Assembly (NCBI GenBank): GCA_001179505.1
Contig: CDMY01000680.1
Coordinates: forward strand, 1 to 31,471
From: Vitrella brassicaformis CCMP3155
Lineage: Eukaryota; Protista; Chromerida
DNA: 31,471 nt
Direction: 5' to 3'
In this document: positions 22,649 to 31,471 of the stretch, piece by piece
Layout of the letters: each line of letters starts with the position of its first letter
Numbering within the stretch: position 1 is the first letter of the stretch
The notes under the pieces: generated by a model
The model's input: only the letters and a program-made list of their open reading frames with translations
Told to the model about the DNA's origin: nothing
Databases searched by the model: none
Position numbers and translations under genes: made by a program

Positions 22649-23044
22649 AGAGATAGACAATGGGTCTCTGTGCATATGTGCGCGGAGCGTCGATTGGCAG
22701 GAGAATTCAGGTGTCTTCTTATCGGAATTCCTAATTTCGTATGTCTGCTCACTGTACCACGCAACGAGATACACACACACATGCCAGCTAGCGTATGTAG
22801 CGTCAAAAAGAAGCAGAGGAGGAGCATGATAGCAGCAGATGAGAGGGCCGGTCGTTGGGAAGGCACAAAAGGATGATCAAAAATCAGCACGATTGACTGA
22901 TTGACTGAGCCCTGTCTTCCACCACATCCACACCACAAAGACCACAACAGGACAGGCCATCGCGTGAAGTTTTACTGCAATAAAGCGACACAACCAAAGC
23001 ACCGCATCCGGGGAAAAACTGACTATGCTTGCTCACACTCTGCG

Positions 23045-24328
23045 TCACACACGATAGTCACTACCCTCCCCCTTTGACACGTCAGTCATCTCGGTCTCCC
23101 CTCCGCCAGATGCCGTGCTTGCGGCGCCGTCATCTGTACCGCTTGTTGTGCCCTGGACAGGCCCGACGGTCATGGCCTGCACGGCCATCTGCTGTCGCAT
23201 GCTCGGGTGGTGCAGATTGACGAAAGGGGCCGCGTGCTCCACCAGAGGTGCACTGGCGCCCCACACGTACCCACGGTTGTGGTCCATGAATGCCTGCAGG
23301 CAGACACAGACACACAGACACAGAATGACACGCGAATGATGTGTCATGTGTCATGTTGGTATGGTATCTCGGTATCTCGACCACTGACCACTGTGCCACA
23401 TGCCGGTGAGAAAACGAATGGACGTTTCCAGAAGCTGCCTGTGCGCAGCATCACTCCGCCCCGCGTGTCGGTCACAGTTCCGAATCTTTGCGGTCGGACA
23501 CAAGGCACATTGAAGATGGGAAGGAAGCAGCACAAGAAACAGCTCCACGTGCCTGACATGGATGCAGTGAACACACACACACACACACACGCAGAGACAC
23601 TAACTCATCGCCTGTCATGCCGCTCATGGTGTCTGTGACCCACCCACCTATCGGTTCGATAGCCGTGATGTCCGTGAACTTGAGGGTCTTCCTGAACGCC
23701 ACCGTCTTCAGCTCGAAGGCATCCTCCGTCCGCAGCACCACCAGCGGCGTCTCCAGCACACCAAACACGGCGCGCACGAACATCCCCGCGCCAATCGCTG
23801 CCCAGAGGAAGGTAAGCACAACGTGGCCGGCGATCTGAACGGCGTCCGTAGACTCGAGCACAACATCTCTCGTGTGGACGGCGGCAGCCGACGCGCCCAG
23901 CAGCACCCACGTGCTGAAGATCAGCCACAGGCCGAGATACCAACCTGCACGTGACGTGTGCAAAGGAAATGACGGACAGGTGCTGTTGCTGTCCCTCTAT
24001 ATGCGCTTACCATATGCCAATTTCTCTGAGGTGGACGTCCAGATCGGATACGTCTGTGTGGCGCCACCTGACAAGATGATGGGTAGACGGGCAGGTCCTC
24101 CGTAAGTGTTTCTCCACCTCCACGTGCACCACCAGAGAAGCATGAAGTTGTTCGGGGTAGCGAGTAGGAATGTGACGAGGCCGGAAGAAGCATTCAGTGA
24201 CGACGGAGGTCTCCTGAACACGCAAGCTTGGGTCCACACCCGTCGCAACTCATGTCTCGTAGATCTCGCGCGCGAAACTCGGTCTCCGCTCTAACTCGCA
24301 GTGCTTCCTCACCGCCGCGCGAAGACAT
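23045..24328 (-). CDS. Hypothetical membrane protein: 2 predicted TM helices followed by a beta-rich, possibly PH-like segment
   Basis: GWYLGLWLIFSTWVLLGASAAA and IAGHVVLTFLWAAIGAGMFVRAVFG are hydrophobic. They are followed by PLVVLRTEDAFELKTVAFRKTLKFTDITAIEPI|GTWSCFLCC..GVMLRTGSFWKRPFVFSP|AFMDH.. The 5' exon and start are uncertain. Confidence 0.65.
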
Positions 24329-24426
24329 CTCGCCATCGCTTGTCAGTGTCGCTCTTCTCGTCCCCACGCGCAGCGCAAGCTCAGGTTTTGCGCAGATCCG
24401 CCTTGAAAGCACGTCTGCATAGGGAG

Positions 24427-25191
24427 ATGGGTTCTTTGATTGCGCCACAGCCTCCCGGAGAGATCCTCTGGATGCGTTGGAGTAATGACGCGTCCGCGGT
24501 TTTTGGCTTCACGTACCCGAAAGGGACACTCCTTGAGTTCAAGCAGATGCTCATGACTCACTACTGTCGCCACGCTGTGCGTACGGATCTGTGAGCACAC
24601 AGCACACGGACAGCCACACGGATGAATCTATTGTGCCCGTCTGTCTGTCTGCCTGCCTGCCTGCCTGCCCTCATGGATGGGCGGCCACATGTAGGGCTAT
24701 CGGACGGCGAGTGACATCGTATTGGTGGGGTACGGCTGTGCTGACGATGGAAGACCAGCGGCAGAAGTGTTTGGCGACAGAGGCCTGGTGAAGACGGACC
24801 CCATCGTCATACGAGGGGGACCTCGTCCGCTCCACGCCGCCACAAACAGTGGTGAGGGAGCTTCATGTGCCATAGTGCCATACACACGACTGGCTGCCCT
24901 GCCCACACTTTTGTACACGCGGATTGGATTGGATTGGTTGTGCAGGTGTGTTGCCGGCTCGCCTATCACAGCCAAGTGAACACACGGCGATGCACATGGT
25001 GCCTGAGGACAAGCGACAAACGGCACAAACCCAAGCTCGGGCACCTTGCACTTGCATGGCCATGGGCGCGCCGGTGCCATATGGCCACACGGCAAACACA
25101 GGTGAGGGAGGCTCAGCAGACGGCTGCACTTTTACTTCTCTTTAAGAGTCTCTGGGGGTATGCTTCTGCAGGTCCGGTGCGCGCTGGCTGA
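24427..25191 (+). CDS. Small hypothetical protein, 4 exons, possibly with a ubiquitin-like N-terminal fold
   Basis: In-phase splicing gives MGSLIAPQPPGEILWMRW..TLLEFKQMLMTHYCRHA|GYRTASDIVLVGYG..DDG..TDPIVIRGG.. and ends GPVRAG* at 25191. The fold call is a weak pattern match. Confidence 0.5.
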
Positions 25192-25293
25192 CAGGCTGAC
25201 ATGGATGGACATGCCGACCTTTGCTGCCTGGAGTACTTGCCTCATATGTGCCATATACCTGGCACACCGGTACAGCCTGACTGACACATTCTG

Positions 25294-25403
25294 ACTGTTT
25301 GTCTGTCTGTCGCCACCTTCGATTCACTAATTCTGTTTGTCCGTCTGTCTCTCGGCACAAACAGAATTAGTGAATCAGTCAGTGGTGGCGACAGACTTAC
25401 AGT
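25294..25403. repeat. Nested inverted repeat (foldback hairpin), about 110 nt
   Basis: 25321-25340 gattcactaattctgtttgt is the exact reverse complement of 25357-25376. 25305-25317 gtctgtcgccacc pairs with 25384-25396. actgt (25294-25298) pairs with acagt (25399-25403). Confidence 0.92.
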
Positions 25404-25876
25404 GAGTGCATGGTGTGGTGTGCCTTTGCTGATCTGTTTGTTGTTTATTTGTCATGTTAGTTTAGTTTATGGCGTTGATTGATGCGTGGCGTGATTGATG
25501 GTGCGTGTCCAAAGGCAGGTCGGTGTGTGGGCGATGGATGGATGGATGGATGCTCCGTTTGTGGTCAAGTCAAGAGGATGCGACGACGCAATTCATCCTT
25601 TCGCAACTTGTGTTCGTGCTAGGTGTTTGTTTGTATGAAAAGATGCGGCTAGTGAGTGCATCCATCGTTGTGGGGTGACTGTGCGTGTCGGCTGTATGCC
25701 TGTCTAGTCTAGGTCGATCTGCGTGTGCATGATCGACAGACAGACAAGAAGATTGGACAGAAGATATATGCGAAAGGGTACTAATGCATTCCTTCGGCAA
25801 CGATTGCTCAAGTGTCAGTCAGTCAGCCCCCATTTATCCATGACGAATGCATCTACAGCACGCATCGATGGCTCAA

Positions 25877-27247
25877 TCACAGCTCGGACTCCTCGCTGAG
25901 ATCGGTGGCGCCGTCGACGTGCTCCTCATCCCTACCCCTGCCCTCACCAGACAGCAACACTCCTGCACACACCACGCCACCCCACACAAGCCGCGTGCAA
26001 ACATAAATCATGTTGTGTCGCGAAACACTGACTGACTGACCGTGTGGGTGCTCTTCCGTCTCGTCCCATATGCGTGGCTGCCGCAGGCCCAGCTCCCGCC
26101 GCTGGATAGGCGTCAGGCCATACAGGGACCGATACCGGCGCCCACGACCGCCAGGCGCCAGGCGCCCTCTGCCCCGCCTCTGGATGGCCAGGGCACGCCG
26201 ATCTGCAATCACACAATGCAAGGATGGGATGGCAAAACACACAAATGGTACGGTTCTGTCCGTTCCCTCCCTCCCTCCCTGTGTGTGTCGTCTGTCAACT
26301 GACCTCCCCGCGCTGGCATCATCCGCCGCCTTGCCGGCTTCACGTGCATTCGCTTCCGAGGGGCGGCAGCAGCACCAGTCTTGTCTTCCCCGAGAGCTGC
26401 CGCCACCTCGTCCATCTGGCCTGCCGCATCATCGCCGCCTTGGCCCTCACGCCGCAGCCGGTCGTACTCGAAGAGGGCGGCGATGGTCGTGGCGCCGTCG
26501 ATGTTCTCGACCGTCTTGGGCACGCACCCACGGACAGCCAGCCAGTGATAGCTCTGCAGCCACACGGGCAGGAAGGGAAGCACAGATTGTCTGTTGGGTG
26601 TTCATCTGTGTGTAAGTGTGCAGCTGTGGATGTACCAGGAAGGGGCGTTTCGGGGCAGTGGGTGGACTCGTATCAGTGGTGGCGTCAGTGAGGCTCACAA
26701 GCTGACCCGCCTGACCAGCGAAAGGCGGAAATATGTCACAGCGGGCGGGCACTCTCCAGCTTTTCGCACCTACCTCTTTGGGCCTTGTGGGTGATGCCTT
26801 GGGCCTGTTGCTCGCGTAGCCCAACAATCCCTGCATCACGCCGGCACAGTTGCAATGATGGAGAGCGTGTGTGGTGCTAACAGCCAGTCACCGGTCTTCG
26901 GTGTGTGTGAGTTGCTGACCTCTTGCCCAAGCAGGAGGAGGCTTCTGTCGACATCTGCTGGCCGCAAAGTGTGCGGGTCAGTCAGGCTGCACTCCCGCTG
27001 CTGCCTCGCACACTGCATCTCACCACACAGACACAAAAGACACACACACCTCACACCGCCAGTCAGTGCCGGGAGCGTATGGCGTCAATCTGGTTGACCA
27101 ATCCCATGCTGTTGTACACACCTGTACAATCTGTCTGAGCAGCACCTCCAGATGCAGCGACAGCGCCTGCTTGGCCTCCTCGGTCATAGGCGGGATGTCG
27201 AGCTCATCCACAATCCCATCCACTTGGCGACGGGTGACGCGCCTCAT
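25877..27247 (-). CDS. TAF6: TAF6-like histone-fold protein with no C-terminal HEAT domain evident
   Basis: H4-like fold RQVDGIVDELDIPPMTEEAKQALSLHLEVLLRQIVQ|..LRPADVDRSLLLLGQE|GLLGY, followed by the TAF6 signature SYHWLAVRGCVPKTVEN (26503-26547; cf. AHWLSIEGCQPAIPEN). The gene ends soon after with an Arg/Gly-rich segment and an acidic tail. Confidence 0.75.
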
Positions 27248-27375
27248 TCGAACAGACAGCAGATCTGCAAGGCTGTAGGCGATATCCAATGTTGAAGGTG
27301 ACAGTCCGCTTCTTCCTCCTTCCCCTTTTAAGCTCGCACGAGTGAGGGTCGAATGAATGCTTCACGACAAACGTG

Positions 27376-29299
27376 ATGGCCGCTGACGAGCAGCTGCGGG
27401 AGGAGAACCAATCCCTCCGGCAGCAGGTGCAGCGGCAGGCCGCCAAACTCCAGCGGTATGAGCGTGTCATCGCCCAGCAGGCCGCTACCATCACGAGCTA
27501 CCGTGAGGCCTTCCAGCACCTGCAGACGGCACGGGCCATCCAGCGAAGCGGCCAGAGAGCCATCGCACCGCCGCCGTCCGATGCGCAGCCGGCTCTCGCT
27601 CTCAGCAATGGGCCGCCCAATCCCCGCCCTCACCCCTCGCCAAACGTGACGGCTCAGGAACAACAGCAGGATGGCAATGGCGGCAATGACGACATATCGC
27701 CTGACGGCGTGGCTGCGGCAGCTGTGTGTTCGAAGAGGCACAAGACATCCGACTCTCAGAAGCGCGAGGTCCACTCTGCCCAGCCGCGAGACGACTATGT
27801 TGATGCTCCTGGCAGCGGTGATCGAAATGGCGAGCCGGCAGAGAGGGCGGACCAGCCGGATCAGAGCGGCGATGGTGCTTCTGGCTGCGGCAATGGGATG
27901 ATCAACAGTCTGTCGCAGCCCATTGTCATTGACGAATCGCAGGAGGCCGCTGAGAAGCCAGAGGAGGGAGGGGGAGGGTCCAGTGGGGGCGGCGATAAGG
28001 ATAAGGACCATGGGCGTGAAGAGAGCATGATGGCCGGTGGAGGGAAGCGGCCCGATGAGGAGATGCACGCGACTCCCCCCGAAGGGACCCCTCCAGACGC
28101 CGCGCAGCCGATGGCCGTCGACCGCCACACACCCACACCAGCCACCCCCCAGGACGGCCATGACGGTCCCATCCCCCCTCCAGCGTTCAACATCAATCGC
28201 AGCTCCCATGATCACCGTCGCGACGGGCGGCACCTCATCCTGTCGCCCCGGCGCAGCAACAGCCGCTACCGATACGGCCGGGCACCCGCACTCCTCCCAG
28301 ACCCGGGCGAGCCCACAGACGGCAGACGCAAGCGCAAGGTCATCTACCTCAACCAGCACGGGTCTCTGCGCCAGTCCCCATCCCCTGCTCGTGCTGCAGC
28401 GCTGCCTGATGCCGATCGGGGGGAGGAGGAAGGTGAGGGCCACAGTGGTGGTGATGGTGCCGGTGGTAGGAGTGGGAGTGGGAGTGGGGATGGGGCGGTT
28501 GGGGGTGGTGGAGAGGCGGCGGGGGGTGACGGTGTAGGGGGGAGGTTGCACGTGACCAAGCTGGCTAATGGCGGAATTCAGATTCGAGCAAGGGGTACAG
28601 ACAGACAAAGCCGGCAATTGATCCATCCATCCATCCATCCCATGCGCTGTATGGTATGTCCTTCCCTTCCTGCAGGTCGTGATGCATTGGCGGGTCTGGC
28701 GGCCAAGAGGGCCAATGCTCCCAACTATCGTGCTGTGGTGAGTGAGTAGGCCAGGCCGCCAGAGCAAACAAGCCATCCACCATGCAGACAGACAGACAGC
28801 ATGAACTGTGCTGTCTTGTGTCGTGTGTCTGTGGGGTGTCAGGTTCGTAATCGCGAGGAGCGTGCGGACAACATGGAGGGCTACGAGTGCTCGCAGTGTG
28901 CGGGCTTCTACCGGGCGCTCGGCATGGACCCGCCCGCCGATGTCGTCTGCAACCATTCTCACCATCACCAGCAGCAGCAGCAGGGCAGCGGGGGCAGCGG
29001 CGCCTCCGACCGAGCGGCTTCTCGTGCTGCCAGGGCGGCCAACATGCTGATGCCGCTGCCCGTCCCCGCAGGCCGGGGGCAGCAAATCGCACAGGCTATC
29101 GTCAAGAAGACATCCAAACACAGGTACGTACGTGGGTGGGCAGGTTGGTGCATTCGACCACAGATGGTTGGGAGATGGTGTGGGTGTGTCATGTTGGTGT
29201 GTACGTGTCAGGTTCTACCGTCCCCCGGCAGCCACGCCCGAGGGCTTTTGGGCCATTGACTTCCCGCCCACACCGCCCGAGAGCCCTGCCAGCCAGTGA
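27376..29299 (+). CDS. CtIP: CtIP/Sae2/COM1 DNA end-resection factor homologue
   Basis: N-terminal coiled coil (EQLREENQSLRQQVQRQAAKLQRYE), a long disordered middle, and a C-terminal domain NYRAVVRNREERADNMEGYECSQCAGFY...TSKHRFYRPPAATPEGFWAIDFP matching the CtIP VRK-EER/CxxC/RHR/TPxxFW pattern. Four exons in phase; TGA at 29297-29299. Confidence 0.88.
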
Positions 29300-29533
29300 A
29301 TGAGCGGGACGCCTGTGTGTGTGTTGGGGGTCGGTGGGAGGGGGGGGGGGTAATTCATTGTACAGTCGAGTTGGCGCGTGCGGACCATGGAATTGACAAC
29401 TTTTGCAATGCACCATGTGTTTGCTTCACGCACTTGACGATACAGACTCGTCCAAAAGCCTGTCTGTCTGTCCGATGAATGATCAAGACATACGACAGTG
29501 GCTGGCTGGCTGATGCATCCATCCATGCATCGA

Positions 29534-31072
29534 TCACATGACGATGATGAACATGACCATAAAGCAAAAGACCACCGCACCAATCACCAGCAGCAGCATC
29601 GCCATCAGGAAACTCATGTCGCCCGACCTGATGACATGATCATCGCACCCACACACACACATCTGTGATGCCATGATGCATTTCGTCGGCTGGCTTGCAG
29701 CCGGCGCACCTTCTGAGCTTCCTTGCGCGTTTGTTCTCGCTCTGCACTCTGTCCAGATGACGTTGTTGTGTCGCTGCGGTGTCACGAAGACGCTGCACGC
29801 ACGCATCCAAACAAGAGGGTAGAGTACTCATCATCCGGCCGAAGCAGACTTCTCCCGATCTGTGTGTCTGGTCTGACCAGGTTGTCTTTCTGCAGCACTT
29901 GCCGATACCGGTGGGCTGCACCCTTCATCTCCTGCACACAGCCACCCACCCACCCACACACGCATGAGGTTTCCCTGCCCCTTTCCGCCATTCTCTCACC
30001 TCTGCCAGCCCGACGAGTTCGTCCTTCATCTGCTCCGTGTCGCCCTCTCCCTCCCGGCTCACTCGACCCATCCCCAGCCCACCGCCCTCATCGCGCCGCC
30101 GCCGCAATCTGATCGACGTTGACGATGAGGCATGGTCGTCTTGCGGTGGCGGGCGAAAGGGGGACGGGGGGCCAGGGGGCATCGCTGACGTGGCGCCTGC
30201 TGATGCAGCAGGGTGGGATCTGCAGCCAGTGGAGGGAGCCGGGCCGGAAGTGGTACATTCGTGCAGCAACGCGGGTCTGTTTGTCTATGCTCGCTTACGT
30301 GTGTGCTGGTGTCGGCTCTGCTGCTGCTGCTGCTGCCGGTGGTGGCGATGGTGTGGTTGCCATGCCATCGAGTGGTGGCTGAGGTTGTGGTGGGGAGGAG
30401 GCGGTGGTGCCGAGGCTGTGTGCCTGTGCACGCTGGATGGTCTCCTCGAGGATGGTGGGGTCGACCGCCGCTGGCAGGGCGTGGGACTGGTGCAGACTGC
30501 TTGTCGTCAGAAACGTCTGTGGGCACGATAGGGCTTAAGGAAAACGATGCATCCACTGTCTGTCTGTCTGTGCCTCCCCTTTCTGTCTGCTGTACCTGTT
30601 TGAGCAGCTGCTGCACGGTGGCCACGCGGCCCCTGTACTCATTGACGATGCCCTCAGTCAGCTCACCGGGATACTCCTCACCTACAGGCAGGACCACCAC
30701 CCAAACGCACCGACCAGTCGCTGCGTGAGTGTCATTCATTCGTGCCAGAAGGACCCACCTGCGAGCGCATTGCGCTCCAGCGCCTGCAGCATCTCATTCA
30801 GCTTGTCAACATACTGCAACAAAGGCAGCAAACCAAACAGCACACAGAGCCAAAGCCATACGTCAAGAAAATCAGAGTATCCATCTATGTTTCTCGCTTA
30901 CCGCTTTGGCCTTGTTGATGAGTATCTCCCTCTCCTCCTCCTCCTCCTCGGCGTTGTTGTCGTCAACGCCGCCGTGGCTGGGGGCAAGCGTGTCCTCCGC
31001 CTCGGGGTCGCAGAGCGCCTCCACACACCGCAGGAACGAGTCAAACTCCCACAGCGGCTCCTGCATCACCAT
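29534..31072 (-). CDS. USE1: USE1-like ER Qc-SNARE, tail-anchored
   Basis: N-terminal EFDSFLRCVEALC..., SNARE helix EQMKDELVGLAE|EMKGAAHRYRQVLQKDN..RLRDTAATQQRHLDRVQSENKRARKL, and C-terminal TM FLMAMLLLVIGAVVFCFMVMFIIVM*. Confidence 0.78.
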
Positions 31073-31471
31073 CCTTCCTCCTCCTTTCTTCTTCCCCTCT
31101 CTTCTTTCGGCTCGCCTGCGAGCTTAGCGCGTTTTTTCCCAGCTAGTTTCGAGAAACTTGCATTAATCGTAACACTCGTCTGTGTGTCCGTGATACTCAT
31201 AAACATACAGTCCCATGAGCACGCAGAGTCAAAACGCTCACGGGGAGGAGGGATCGATCCCCGCTCCATCAGCACACCCCAGTCCCGCAAACCCTCCCCT
31301 CCCTCCCCCACGCAGACAGTAGCTAGTCGCACGCGCGAGGGCGATAGACAAGCGAGAGCGAATCCATCCAGACACATGACTGAACCCCCGACCCTTCCAC
31401 CCCTCCTTCTCCAACAGCGCATGAGCTATGTGGGCGATGAACACGTTGGCATCGTGTCCCCACACACCGTC

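Noticed and set aside
27328-29121. 597-aa minus-strand ORF, and similar long ORFs at 1362-2591 (-) and 7026-8138 (-)
   Set aside because: These are antisense shadows of GC-rich, low-complexity exons. They read through microsatellite introns and have no domain motifs.
1-31471. CRISPR arrays, tRNA or rRNA genes, prokaryotic operon features
   Set aside because: None seen. The repeats are eukaryotic microsatellites and polyQ/polyG codon runs, with no repeat-spacer periodicity or cloverleaf.

Overview
Eukaryotic nuclear DNA: GC-rich and intron-dense, with short introns full of CA/TG, GACA/TGTC and GGAT/ATCC microsatellites. The style and gene content suggest a chromerid alveolate such as Vitrella brassicaformis (inference; no search was run). 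I reconstructed about 12 protein genes by hand-splicing, and they alternate strand perfectly: a double-chromodomain SNF2/CHD-like protein with degenerate ATPase motifs (+); a secreted coiled-coil trichocyst-matrix-like protein (-); a damaged HHIIP-motif nuclease-like gene (+); an RRM protein (-); MOK kinase (+); an intronless double-motif LAGLIDADG homing-endonuclease ORF with a mitochondrial-type presequence (-); an unknown protein (+); a 2-TM membrane protein (-); a small possibly ubiquitin-like protein (+); a short TAF6-like histone-fold protein (-); CtIP/Sae2 (+); and the SNARE USE1 (-). A probable non-LTR reverse-transcriptase fragment runs off the left edge. The most notable items are the nuclear, apparently organelle-targeted LAGLIDADG nuclease, the pseudo-ATPase CHD protein, complementary repeats at intron ends, and a roughly 110-nt intergenic hairpin. 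All exon boundaries are manual and some termini are uncertain.
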